From Schizochytrium sp. TIO01 (Eukaryota; Protista; Bigyra: Labyrinthulomycetes), in assembly GCA_004764695.1 (NCBI GenBank), contig SMSO01000034.1:3534001-3598000 (forward strand): a stretch of 64,000 nt of DNA, written 5' to 3'. Every line of letters starts with the position of its first letter. The first letter of the stretch is position 1. The translations under genes were made by a program, and so were the position numbers. Of this stretch, positions 21,501 to 33,600 are shown piece by piece. Below the pieces are notes generated by a model. That model was not told where the DNA came from. It saw nothing but the letters and a program-made list of their open reading frames with translations, and made no database searches.

Positions 21501-23280
21501 ACCAGACTGGAGTATCTCCCATCGTTGGCGTGGGTACCACTTAGTACCAAGTTGGTCCTACTAACGCTAAGCTCGTATTATATATTATTAGGAGTGGCAT
21601 GCTCGGTTTCGTTTCTGGTGAAAAAGCCAACAATACGGAATGAAGGCTCTTCTTCCACACAGAGATGCTGCAACTGCGCCTAAACGTGTGGCCCAAAGCC
21701 AGCTAGCTCTCTGCAAGCGAAAGCTTAGAGCAGTGAGGCGGGAGGGCCTCAAGCACAGCTCACAATCCCTTCTAATCAGCTGAAAGGCGAGCCGGGCGGG
21801 CCTCGCGGGGGCAGGCAAATCGTCTCCCGCCGCCATAATCGTCTCAGTACCGTGGAGATCTTGGTCCCACATTACAGAACCTCATCAGGGTCCACCGTTC
21901 TCCCCCAAAAAGAACGGCCGCAAAGATCCGCCTATATTGCACGTAAGCACCGCGGAGCCCAAAGAACACCGGTATCATGGAGCGATGACTATCTTCTTTC
22001 CTTCTTCTTTCTCCTATCTTGGGCTATTAAGGCGGTGGATGTTAAAACTTTCATTCATCTTAACAATACCAGTTATCATGGCACTATGGCGAGTAAGTAT
22101 GATACTAACTCTAACTCTGGATAAGAAAAAAGAAAAACCTGCGTAGGCCCAATTGTTTCTTTACAAATTAATTATGATCTTTCAAAGTGCTTTAGTTGTT
22201 TCTTTATTTCTTCATTTGCTCTGTTTATATGATAGTCACACTCGCAGGCAGTCAGTCAGCTCGCTCGCCGCCAGAACTCCATCCCCGTCAGCCACGAGCA
22301 TCGTCCGCTGCCGCAGGGACGCTGCAGGGCAGCCTCTAGGCCCGCCCGCCGCCACGGTCGCCGATACACCTGGTGCCACGCTGCTGGGAAGCTGGAGAAG
22401 GTTGTGCAGTTGGCGAGCTTCTGCGGCTTCGCTCTCTCTCTCTTTTTCTCTTTTTGAATTCGAATTCAAAGTCGAATTCAACTCCAGTTCAAACTAAAAC
22501 TCGGCTGCTCACCGGTAAGGACGTCGCGCCCGTCTGAGCCTGCGTCAGCTGCAAGCTATAAAGGGAAATTGATCTTGTGGGCGTCGTCGTCATCGTTGCC
22601 GTTGTTGTTGCCGTTGCTTTTACTGCCGCTGTTTGAGCGCTGAGTTTCCTTCGTCTTCATCTTCGTCCTCGATCTCTTGGCCTTGTTTGGCTTCAGAGGC
22701 CGTCGCACGTGTACAGAAGGTCTGTTCGTTTGTGAGTTTTCCGGGTCGATTCGATTGGTCAGCGAGACAGTCAACTGGTCAGAAGTAGCTCAGGTCGTGG
22801 GAAATAGCCTCGAGGTCGTCGCGCGAACTGTGGTAACTCAAAGCGAGCTGGGGCTTGCCTGCGCTTAGACAAGAAGTTTTCTGTAACTGTCTTGACATTT
22901 CCTAAAGAGCAAGAGGAATATTATCTGCCTGTGCGTATTGTTTGTGCGAAGACATCGCCCTTCTGACCTCTTCTTCAGGTGTTGACGGGTGACACACATT
23001 TCAAGTTTGTGAATCTTTCTCCATATTATAATATAATATATACGCCGGCCGCGAGCGGAACAACTGCGGATCGGAGCCAATTCGCCAGTACTTTCTTTTG
23101 TTGGAGACAGAGCTCCAAAACCAAACACAAGTTGAGAGATCCGTACACGGCGCAGGGAAGTAAACAAAAAGGCGATTGAGTCATCATCTCGTTCATCTTA
23201 ACTGTTATTTTTGAAGAAGGAAATATACAATCAAAAAAATAGTGTAGTCAAGAAAGCAAAGTCCAAGGGCTTTGAGCAAA

Positions 23281-25818
23281 ATGGAACATGTTGTCTATGA
23301 TCCGGTAGACCAAAAGCCGATGAAGCCGTCCGAGGCATACGCAACCTCGGATAACTTGTACTTTGCCTCGCTTGAGACACAGCAAATGTACTATCATCTC
23401 ATCGATAAAGGCTTCGAGGTTGTGGTAGAAGGAGGTAAACCGATTTTAAGGCCAGCTCAGGCGAAACGTATTTGGACCAAAGATATGAACCTGAGTAGGT
23501 CAAGCAAAGATGGCCACTATGTCCAGAGCGGTCTGGAGCCTGGCACATATACCTTTCAAGCCGAAGCACCCGATGTACACTCCTTGCTTGGATCACGTAA
23601 ATGTACGGGCACACTTCAGGTCACCTCGGGAGATGGGCGTAACAAAATTGTCCAAGCAAACTTCAATCTTGGCAAGGATTCGCAGATGTGGTCCCAGAAG
23701 TTTAGCGTTGAGGTGGAGCAACAAAATGCTACGATGGTTGTGGATTTCATAAACGCATCTTCTTTTGGTAAATCAATGAACGCTCACGCATCGTTGGATT
23801 TTCTTCCACTCTCCAAGTCAAAGAAGGATATGATCGAGGCTCGCCGAAAGTCTACCGCAGTGGCTAGAAACGGAGAGTATGTTGTGGAGCTCACCAAAGG
23901 TACTACAGGTGTAGGTATGACCTTGTCATGGGATAACCGCATCAAATCAGTGCTTATCCGCACAATTGAGGAGAATGGTGCTGCGCAGCGTACGCACAAG
24001 CTCAAGGTCGGTGATCGCATCAAAGGTATCCAGGGCCAGCGAGTGGATACCCTATCTTTCAAGGATGTTATTAAAATGCTCCGTAACATTCCTACCACTG
24101 TGGTTCTCCTCATGGAGGCCGCCCCGCCTGGCTTCAAAATGGAGGAAAAGAAACCTGGACGCAGGGTTCGACGTATAGACGCCCCGCCCCGGCCTCCTCG
24201 AGCTGCTCCGCCCGCTCGTCAAGGTGCACCCGCTGCCGCAGGAGGTCCAGCTCCTCCAGCTCCTCCACCTCCATCGAGAGCGAGTGGTGTGCCTCAGGTT
24301 CCGAGCACCCCAAGCCAACCACAGATGCCCCCCGCCATTCCAATTAACAGAACTCCTGCACCTCCGCCGCAACCTCAGGCCCGCACTCCTCCTCCCCCGC
24401 CCGTGAACACAAGTTCGGCCACTGGGGTTGCCGCAGCTGCCGCTGCTCTTGCTCAGGAGAAGAACGACTCCCCGCTGTCTCGAGATAATTCCATGAAGCG
24501 GCGATCCCGTCCTCCTCCACCCTCGAGACCTCGTCGCCCAAGCACACCAACAAGGCCTGCCGCATCCAAGTCTTTCTCCAGCAGCACGGCAGCAACAGCC
24601 CCCCCTCCCCAGCCGCCAGCACCACCCTCAAGGCCGGCAATGCCGTCATCTGCGGCATCCACAGTCTCGGCGCCTCCTCCTCCGACAAGAGCTCCGCCGC
24701 GGTCAAGCTCTGGCCGAAATCTCGTGCCACCACCCCCTCCGACTCTCTCAACTTCACAATCTTCACTTGGAAGCCAAAACTCTGCTCGTTCTGCGCCGCC
24801 TCCGCCTCCTGTGCCCTTGCACGCAACGTCCTCCAGCACAATGCCTCCACAGCCACCGACAAGAGTTCCCTCGATGCGTGGACCACCGCCGCCTGTGCCA
24901 GCGCCTGCTGCCTCTTCCTCAGCTCCTGCTCCCAGTGCGGGCAACGATGGCTTCGACAAGTACAGGCAAATGCTCAAGGTCGGCCTACCAGAAGGCGCTG
25001 TGCGCAACAAGGCGGCCCAAGATGGCGTGATGTTGCCTGATAGCTTCTTCTCTGGCGCGGGAGACCAGTCTGCAGCACCTGCAGCACCTGCAGCACCGGC
25101 GCCCCCGACGAGAACAGCAGCACCGCCACCACCGACGAGAACAGCAGCACCGCCACCGCCACCAGTGCAAAGCTCTGGAGGAGCACAAGATGCGGGAACG
25201 GCCCTTCCGCCAGGATATGAAAAGTATTCGCGCATGCAAAAGGCTGGACTGCCGGAAGGGGCAATTCTACAGGCTATGGCGAGAGATGGAGTTCAGCCTC
25301 CACCTGGATTTGGAGCACCAATGGCGGCAAGCGCGGCCCCGGCTGCATCAAGAGCCCCGCCGCCGCCGACACCAACGCCGAGCGCAGGAGGAGCTGGAGC
25401 ACCGGGAGGACTTCTTGCGCAGATTCAACAGGGAACACACCTCAAGAAGGCAGAAGCACCGCCTCCACCTCAGTCATCGTCTTCAGCTTCGGGTGGCGGG
25501 GGCAACGATCTGCTATCGGCGATTCAGAATGGAGTCAAGCTCAAGAAAGCAGCACCTCGCGAAGAAATACCAAATGGAGCAGCTGCGCCCTTGAACCCGC
25601 TTTTGGCAGCTTTACAGAATGCCAAGAAGGAAAATCTTCGCCACGTCGATGTGGACAAAGTGCAGGAGGAGCGTCGTACCTCGGTTGCACGTGGCAGCGC
25701 TGTTGGAGGAAACCCCATGTCTGCCATTGCGCAGGCTCTCGACGCCCGCAGAGACCAGATTGTGGGTGGTGATAGCAGTGATGAAGAATGGAGTGATAAC
25801 GATGAGTGGGCCCTCTAA
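23281..25818 (+). CDS. WASP/WAVE-like Arp2/3 nucleation-promoting factor: N-terminal globular domain, PDZ, poly-Pro, two CCDC53-like motifs, 3xWH2-central-acidic tail
   Basis: PDZ (ELTKGTTGVGMTL...GAAQRTHKLKVGDRIKGIQG...FKDVIKMLR). WH2: LLAQIQQGTHLKKA, LLSAIQNGVKLKKA, LLAALQNAKKENLRHV. C helix MSAIAQALDARR. Acidic DSSDEEWSDNDEW. An upstream exon cannot be excluded. Confidence 0.85.
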   Translation: MEHVVYDPVDQKPMKPSEAYATSDNLYFASLETQQMYYHLIDKGFEVVVEGGKPILRPAQAKRIWTKDMNLSRSSKDGHYVQSGLEPGTYTFQAEAPDVHSLLGSRKCTGTLQVTSGDGRNKIVQANFNLGKDSQMWSQKFSVEVEQQNATMVVDFINASSFGKSMNAHASLDFLPLSKSKKDMIEARRKSTAVARNGEYVVELTKGTTGVGMTLSWDNRIKSVLIRTIEENGAAQRTHKLKVGDRIKGIQGQRVDTLSFKDVIKMLRNIPTTVVLLMEAAPPGFKMEEKKPGRRVRRIDAPPRPPRAAPPARQGAPAAAGGPAPPAPPPPSRASGVPQVPSTPSQPQMPPAIPINRTPAPPPQPQARTPPPPPVNTSSATGVAAAAAALAQEKNDSPLSRDNSMKRRSRPPPPSRPRRPSTPTRPAASKSFSSSTAATAPPPQPPAPPSRPAMPSSAASTVSAPPPPTRAPPRSSSGRNLVPPPPPTLSTSQSSLGSQNSARSAPPPPPVPLHATSSSTMPPQPPTRVPSMRGPPPPVPAPAASSSAPAPSAGNDGFDKYRQMLKVGLPEGAVRNKAAQDGVMLPDSFFSGAGDQSAAPAAPAAPAPPTRTAAPPPPTRTAAPPPPPVQSSGGAQDAGTALPPGYEKYSRMQKAGLPEGAILQAMARDGVQPPPGFGAPMAASAAPAASRAPPPPTPTPSAGGAGAPGGLLAQIQQGTHLKKAEAPPPPQSSSSASGGGGNDLLSAIQNGVKLKKAAPREEIPNGAAAPLNPLLAALQNAKKENLRHVDVDKVQEERRTSVARGSAVGGNPMSAIAQALDARRDQIVGGDSSDEEWSDNDEWAL

Positions 25819-26239
25819 GCTGGACCCCCTGTTCGTGGTCAAAAGGGCGTATTCTGCTTGCTTGGTTTCTCCCAAATATAATTTTGACTTTTTCATCTGC
25901 CACTTCATATTATTCGCAAAACACATAGAAAATCCTATAAAAAATGAATTACCTACCATTCTTCTAATGCTCATGTTCATGACTTAATTCTGGAGAAGTC
26001 TATGCCTATGAATTGCAAGATACCTATTTGTCTACAAAGAATACTTTCTTCTAGAGTGAAGTGGGGATTGGATAGAATTCAAGGTATGAAAAAGCTTTGG
26101 TAGCTTCAGAACGAGAACAACTTATCATGAGTATGTGCATATAGCTAGGGCAGACAAACAAGAAGTGAAAAGTGAGCAATTTCTGCCTTTGCCCAAACTA
26201 TTCAGGATGTATCGATTTAATTTCAAATTATGTCTAAAT

Positions 26240-27964
26240 TCATCCACAACGACCACCAGCACACCCACCCTTCTGCACATAGTCCTCGCCTGAGCGAGTT
26301 GTGATGGTGAGATCAACAAATGCTTCAGCATTCGTAGGGTGAATACCTAATACACGGTCATATAGGTCTTCTTTGGTAGCACCGAGATTGACTGCAAGAG
26401 CAAGGCCTTGCATAGTCTCACCAGCTGCAGGTCCAACAAAATGAAGACCTACTACCTTTTGCTCTGAAGGATCATCTCCCCCGCGCAGACATACCACCTT
26501 GGCCATGCACTGGCGTGGGTATTCAGTTCCATCATGTGACGTACGGTGTGTTGCAGAGATATGCAAGCTCTGCCATTCCATAATGTAGGTCTCCACATTT
26601 TCAGGACCAAGTTGTTCACATGCGGCCTCCTCACCAAGGCCCACACGGCCATACTCAATTGGCGTGAAGACTGTGCTTGGGACCATAAGGCTTGCAGCGG
26701 CGCTTACACCAATGAACTCGCTCACTGCGGTTTGTAAAAACTTATTCTTGCGCTTACCCTCAACAGGCGCAAGCATGTCTACAAGAACATCAGCTTGACG
26801 AATTGCAACAGGTGTTAGCTCGGGCATATCCAATGGGGTAAGAGCACAATCACCAAGAGCATAGATACCGGCCTGCGTTGTTTTAAATTGGTCATCTACT
26901 ACAATCTTACCCGACACGGAGTCAACTTTGATATTTACCTGCTCCAAGCCCAGACTGGCCACCTCCGGTGCTCGGCCTGTGCCAAATAGAACAGTGTCAA
27001 ATTCCTCTTCGTACTGAAATCCCATGCTATCTTCCATAGTCACGCGAATAGGACCATCCTCCTTTGTTCGTTCAAGTTTCACAGGTTGGGCCTGCTCTAC
27101 CTTCGCTCCATGTGCTTGCAGCAGTTCAAGTACTTTCCCGGCACATTGCCTGTCAAAAGCTGCCCCCCTGAGTGCTTTGCTGCGCACTGCCACAGTTGTA
27201 TCAAGCCCTAGGCCTGCAAGAAACCCCGCAATCTCTAGTGAAACATAAGAGCCTCCTACGCAAAGTGTACGTCCTGGAGACCTGGCTAGCGAGAAGATAT
27301 CGTCGCTTGTGACTCCGAACTCCTTCGCTCCTGGCACGTGGTCAGGGACTTTCGGGCGACCTCCCATCGCTAGAATGACGCCCTTTCGAGCCTCCATCTT
27401 GATGTTTTCGCCCGAGTTATGGTCCAGCAACACATTCTTAGCGCCGCCTTCAATCTGCAGACCCACTGCTCTAGATCTCACAAGCTGTACGTTTTTGTCA
27501 AGGCCAGAGGCGTACGAAAAGCTAAGTGATTTGACATGGTTTTGGACAGTCTTCACAATGTCATTCCAATCGCTTTGAAAATGTTCTCCGTCCCGAATTT
27601 CGCCTTGATCAGAACTGGCACTGAGGACCTTGGCAAGACCAAACGCAGCACCGTCAAGCAAAACATCGTCGCGAAGAGTAGCAGCGCGGTGAAAGAGATA
27701 CTTTGGAATGCAACCGACGTTGACACAGGTGCCACCGAAGCCGTAAGAAGTACCGCGGTCCGAAGGTCGAACGTGGTCCAAGAGTGCTACCTCAAAGCCA
27801 CGTTGAGCAAGGTTATTCGCACAAGCAATACCTCCAGAACCACCACCAACAACCACGTAATCAACGGCGGAAGGAAGAGCAGGACCCTGCAAAGCGGCAC
27901 CTAGGTCTAGACCGCCACCAGTGAAGAGGCCGCGCCGAGCAAGAGATGCTCCGTGGCGAAGCAT
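26240..27964 (-). CDS. High-Mr thioredoxin reductase, probably mitochondrial, with a non-seleno CxxxxC C-terminal redox centre
   Basis: GGGSGG FAD motif, GGTCVNVGCIPK, GGSYVSLE, IHPTNAE; C-terminus GGCAGGRCG; Arg-rich, acid-free presequence MLRHGASLARRGLF. Confidence 0.92.
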   Translation of the reverse strand: MLRHGASLARRGLFTGGGLDLGAALQGPALPSAVDYVVVGGGSGGIACANNLAQRGFEVALLDHVRPSDRGTSYGFGGTCVNVGCIPKYLFHRAATLRDDVLLDGAAFGLAKVLSASSDQGEIRDGEHFQSDWNDIVKTVQNHVKSLSFSYASGLDKNVQLVRSRAVGLQIEGGAKNVLLDHNSGENIKMEARKGVILAMGGRPKVPDHVPGAKEFGVTSDDIFSLARSPGRTLCVGGSYVSLEIAGFLAGLGLDTTVAVRSKALRGAAFDRQCAGKVLELLQAHGAKVEQAQPVKLERTKEDGPIRVTMEDSMGFQYEEEFDTVLFGTGRAPEVASLGLEQVNIKVDSVSGKIVVDDQFKTTQAGIYALGDCALTPLDMPELTPVAIRQADVLVDMLAPVEGKRKNKFLQTAVSEFIGVSAAASLMVPSTVFTPIEYGRVGLGEEAACEQLGPENVETYIMEWQSLHISATHRTSHDGTEYPRQCMAKVVCLRGGDDPSEQKVVGLHFVGPAAGETMQGLALAVNLGATKEDLYDRVLGIHPTNAEAFVDLTITTRSGEDYVQKGGCAGGRCG

Positions 27965-30618
27965 GGCACCACAAGCTCGAAGCTTAGCTGCCTGTCAGCA
28001 CAAATTTTCTTTAGTGAACCCAACTTTGACTACTTAAGGAGAGATCGCAATGCAGCAGGTTTCCGAATTGGATTCCGCTGCAATGCAAGGGTTTTGCGAT
28101 TGTTGAAATGGTTTTGATTCTCGATCAGGACCACTATGGTTACTAAGTAGAAGGTAAAAGTAAAAACTATTAGGTTCGAGTTCCTTTTTTGTTTTGTTTT
28201 CTCTTCCAGCATTTTGTAATGATGATCAAAGTTCAAAGACCTGGAATAAACAAGAAGATCTAGGAAAAGCGAGTCATTGCGGTTTGTTGCACTGAGGATT
28301 GGGCACCTCCCTAGCGGGAATTGTAATTTTAGAAGCTGGAGCTAAGTGAGAAGTGCAAGCATGCGCTTACTATGAAGTAGGTAAGGAGGTTCCTACGTAC
28401 CTTCTCACCAAAAAGGTTCTCCGCTCCCCTGGCAAGGTATTTAACCGGATTATCTTTCTCGGAGGAATAGAAAATCGATACAATGCGACTTTAACAAAGT
28501 TGGAGCGACGAATCACGAATGTATATCACTACGGATGAACTTTAAATGGCCATTTCCTGAGAAGTAAAACAATACCTTGGGGCCGATTTAACGAAGATGG
28601 ACAGCAAATACATATCTTGGTAAGCACTTTGCCTCGAATGCTGCTATGTCTGGTGTCCAAGAAGAACGTTTCTCGCCAGCGTGGAGTTTAAAAGCGGACC
28701 ACGCAGGAGCTGGTAGGATTCACCGATGTGGGCCCGTGCGTGCTGTTTTTGTTTGAGAGGTGTTCTTGTTTGAGCCTTGGAGAATGTATCTGAAATCTCC
28801 ATCGATGGAATTCGGAATTCACTACTGCTGTTGACTTGAATGACCAAATAGTTCTCAGAGTTATATGGTAGAAAAGGCACACAAACACAGAAATTTCATA
28901 CGCATATGCAGTGACCTTCTTGTTGCTCTACGGGACTTGGGATGTTGGTCTCTTAAAATGTACTTGGGAACCTAGGCTGCAAGGTTGTGAGATTGTCTGA
29001 TTACCCCTCTGTCCCACAAAAAAAAATGTGGTGTAGGTACAACCATTACTCGAGTGAAATTGAGTGTTGTTATCAAGCTCACCTTTTCCAATCCGTTATT
29101 AGGCTACCTGTTAGGTAACCATAAATGAGTTTTTGGTTCGAGGCTGCCGTCTTCTACGGAGTTCTCTTGTAGAAAGTTATGAAGGTTTTTTTTAATATAA
29201 AGTGAAGCAAAGATTATATAATAGCCAACATGTCAATCATACTAACATAATTATTCCGCAGAATCCCAAAAGTTGTGTTCTTTTCCCCTTTGATTGGCTC
29301 AAGCTGGCATCCACATTGCCAAGTTGCTGGATGTCCCAAGATTCCCCGAACGACTGCGTAGAATGAATGCTTCAGTGTGGGCACATAATTCCCCTGCTAT
29401 ATCAGCCACCCTAAAACTCGGAACCCCGAATCAAGGTCTCCTCGACCTCCTCATTACTGCCTGCTAATTTTGTGAAAAGTTTTTTAGGAGTCTTTCGTTT
29501 AACCTTGGTTTTTCTCGATGGTTTCCAAATTATTCGCTCTTGCGCGTCTTGAAGCAGCTTTCTGACAAGCAGTCGCCGTGAGGTGAATTATAAAATGCTT
29601 TTCTTTCAAGACCGGTAGTGCTGATTGTGTTGGTCTACTTGCTGCCCAGTAGAGCCCACTTCGAGGGCCCCTTATTAACTCATTGTGCTAGCAGAAAGGG
29701 ATCTTTTAAAAGCAAGTGGGTCTAAGCAAAGATTGCAGTAGGCGGTAGCGACCTTCACGAATCGATTGAAGAAGCAAATTGATAGACCAGGAAGACAGCA
29801 GTAGTGAGGTGGTGTAGCATAGAGGTGCGCCAGTAATGGGGTTGGATAGCAAACCTGAATATATTGCTCAGGTGCAATGTAAGAAAGTATTTATTACACT
29901 ACTAATAGGATTATATGGGTTCCTACCACTATAAAATTTGTTTCAGTCTGTGTGGATCTTGCAATGGCCACGAAACTATCATGCCCATGCCATGAAGGGT
30001 GAATCCATCTCAGCTATGGCCACAAGAATACAACAAGTACATCCATTTCTTGACTTAAAATTGAAACACTTATTGAGATGCAATCAGACGAGAGCGCAAG
30101 TCATCCATTTAGTTGGCATTTATCCTTCAATAGTGCCATAATCAAGCTCTACACGAATAAATGCCAGCTTAATTTGTCAATCTATTTGTCACCAATAATT
30201 AAAACCTCGTCGCTCTTATATCACCATGAGATGTAGGTGCAGATTATCCACACAAACAAAGCCTGCAAGAACAAAAAAAATAAACTTGGCGAGTCAAAAT
30301 AATTGCCAGAGAATCGCTGAGCTGCATCCATGCATGGTACCTTCATCCGCTAAGGAAGCAACGACGTTTACTATGACTTTAAGAAACCCAAACCGACAAT
30401 AGGGGAAGGACGAAATAAAGTAACAGAGAATGAGCATGAATATGCAGAAAAGGAGGATAAAAGAAAGAGAAAAAGACATTAAGAAAAAATAAGAAAGAAG
30501 TTGGAAAAAGAAAGAGTTTGCAATCACTTTCGATTAATTCATCAACCCATCGATTGCCAAAGCACGGCCTCCGCAGTCCTTCGTGCCTCTCTTCAAGAGA
30601 GGGGGGGGGCTAGAGCTT

Positions 30619-33600
30619 ATGTTGTGGCATTCTTCGGACTCCGCGGAGGAGGTCTCTTCTGCAGGCGCCTTTCTAGGCGAGCAGGAGGTGGCTGAGGGCC
30701 CTCGCAGACGTGGCAGCTTGCCACAAGACCTCGGCAGCCTACACTCAGAAACCTCTCAAGAAGATAGCTTTGAAAGCGGAATTGGACTTCACTACGCAGG
30801 TAGCCGAGAGCTCTCTTTAGGCTCCTCAATACACCACATTCAGCACTCTCAACACAGCTCCAATGCAAGTAACAGCCACATCAGCGCCAATCTCAGCAAT
30901 AATATCAACAACAACAACAATGGTAGCGGGAATAGCAATGGCAACTGCTCGAGTCACCATTCATTTCATGCTCATAAGAATACAAGCCATCCAAGCCCAT
31001 GTATGAGTACGAGCTGCAGCGCATGTGGAGATAATAATATTGGAGGAGGCAATTCCCATACACATGGGAACGCTGTTTCAAGCGCATTGAGGAATTTATC
31101 ATTCGTGAGCGCTGCACAATGCGGTTCGCAAAGTCGTGGAGGTCAATCACACGCTTCAGAGACATCTGCTGACGAAAGGGTCCGCTTTAAACGCAAAACT
31201 TCTGTGTATTTAGAGAATAATACTATGGCACTCTTCGAAGAAGAAGAAAACGCCGATCACCCGGTCGATGGACCGTGTGGGTGTTTAGAAGAGACATTTA
31301 GTAGACCAGCAGCGATGGTTCTGGTATCTATATGGTTTGTTCTCAGCTGTATATTCTACATTAAACTTCGCAGGTCCATGAAGGGCTTCAGTGGCGGTGG
31401 CGACGTGGTGGCGCAAACTGGTGTCCACTTCCTTACAAGCGGCATTATAATGCTTCTTCATTCCACAATCATGTGGACAACAGGCCAACAAAAACACGAG
31501 GCCCTCTCGAAATTACTCAAAGAGACACCTGCGCCTGTATGGCTGGTGCTTGGTTTTGCCCACTTTGTGGGCCATGCACTCTTAATATGCGGCTTATCCG
31601 TTCTGACAGTGTCAAATATGCAACTTGCGCGACTTATTGAACCGGCTATTGCTGTTGCTATGGCGGGCCTTGGCTGGGTTCCACAGAGTCATGCACCTCT
31701 AACATCAACCCAAATGGCCTTCGGTGCTGTTCTTGCAGGTGGTGGTTTGCTGGCTGCACTCCCCTCGCACGAAGTATTTTCTGGGGTTGTTCTCATTTAT
31801 TTGTCTAGCTTCTTATTGCAGTGGCGCGGGCATGCTGTCCGCAGGATGATGCAGACAGTACATGTCGACGCTTGTTTTGTGGCGTTTGGTATTACTGCTG
31901 TGGTTGGTTCTTTCATTGCCATGTTGGTTCTCCTTCTCCTCTACACCACTGGGCTTTCTGTTTTTTCGGGGTCTGTTAATCTTGAAACTGGCCTTTATTA
32001 TTTCGGAGCTAATGCGGTAAGCCTTCTCCTTACACAAGTTTATCACCATGGTGCCCACGAGGGATTGAAGCTCTTGAAGCGAGTTCTCACTGCTGCAATT
32101 GCTGCTTATATTCAATATGAACATATCACTCAAAGTCAATGGATCGGTGTTGCTGTGGTGGCGATCGGCTGGGTCGGCCTTGATATGGATCGTCAAATCG
32201 CAAACTCAAGGCGAAGTAGAATTCTTGGAGTGTTAGTTGCTCTTCTTTTGTTGGCCGTCATATCTCTCGGTGGAAGTTTACAAGAACAGTATGGCCCAGA
32301 AACCTGGCTACAACAGCGCTCTACCAAGCCATTTGCACCGGGAGTCAGCGAAGATGGGCGAACTGAAGAAGCTCGTCCCTTTTGCGAAATCTATGAGGAT
32401 CAGCTTTACAGTATTTGGGCGTATCCGTATGGCCCTGATCCCAGTGTAACGCGTCGCTGTCCTACTGAAGTTGTGTATTGTGCATATACTGAGTGCTTAA
32501 ATCATTTTGCAGGTGCGCGGCGACTCAACCTTGCATCTTTGGCTAAGGGAACACCTTACGAAGATTTCGTACGTTACCATATGTGGTATAAAATAAAACA
32601 CAAGAGGCAATTCGTACATCATGTCCAGTCCGTTGCAATGCTTTCTCTGCTTTTGAAAAAACCTGGAATTTGCGTACGTATTATTGGTGATATGCGATGG
32701 CACTGTCATGAAGACCGGAACTGGCCTTCTCTCGACTATGATCCAGAGAGTGGCGTGACCCTGCCTCACTTTATGCCCCATCGACCTGTGATTTTGCATG
32801 ATGAATTTACTTCATTTAGTTATGTTTCACGCATGAAGCGTGTAGTTGGTGTGGACCTTGGTGATGAACTTCAAGCATTCGCTGGACTCTCGTTTGTCCC
32901 TTATCTCACCCATTTCACCGATCGAGATCAAGGACTACCCAACTCGCATGGCCACATCTTTATGAATTCATGGTTTGGACCCTCCGTTCGCTGGCCACCC
33001 AGTAACGCTCTTAATCCTGTAATGGTTTCGTTACATACCAGTCCAAAGTTTCGACGCACCTTGCAGGCACAAAATTTTACTTACCTTCGACGATACAACA
33101 CAATATACGGCGCGATTGGCGCGCGTGAACATGCAACCCTAGATTTCCTTCGCGCAAACGGAGTTGATGCATATTTCTCCGGCTGCTTTTCAACCATTGT
33201 GGATATTACTAAAGATGCTACGACCAGGTTACGGAACAAAACATTCTTGGTGGATGTGGCACGTCTTGAGCTTGTGCCTAAAGAAATTCGTGACGTTGCA
33301 GAACGTCGGACAGTGCTTCCTCAGACGCGTGGGCTGCAAGACGAGGAATCTCTTCATTTAAATGCTTTTGAACTCTTACGCACTTTCGCAACAGAAGCTA
33401 GGCTTGTAGTAACCTCAAGAATTCATGTTGGCCTTGCTGCAATGTCACAAGGTGTTCCTGTTGTGTTTCTCAAGCCGCCCCCTGGGGCTGCCGCAACAAC
33501 TACGGATGTAACAGGTGCCACAGGGGCCGGTATGAATGAGGTAATGACTTATTTCCATGTGCTGAGTAAGGATCAGCCTCTTCGGAAAAACTTCAATTGG

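Noticed and set aside
22153-23179. Cluster of short ORFs upstream of the actin nucleation factor
   Set aside because: Low-complexity, non-ATG starts; more consistent with promoter/5'-UTR and a possible UTR intron (acceptor-like ttcttcAG at ~22978).
26234-26242. TGA stop of TrxR as possible selenocysteine
   Set aside because: It follows the complete CxxxxCG motif, and readthrough would add only two residues before TAG; no SECIS recognised.
28165-28190. GGTTCGAGTTCC, a T-loop/B-box-like sequence
   Set aside because: No cloverleaf, A-box or acceptor stem around it; not a tRNA. Similar partial hits near 13315 and 59553 also fail.
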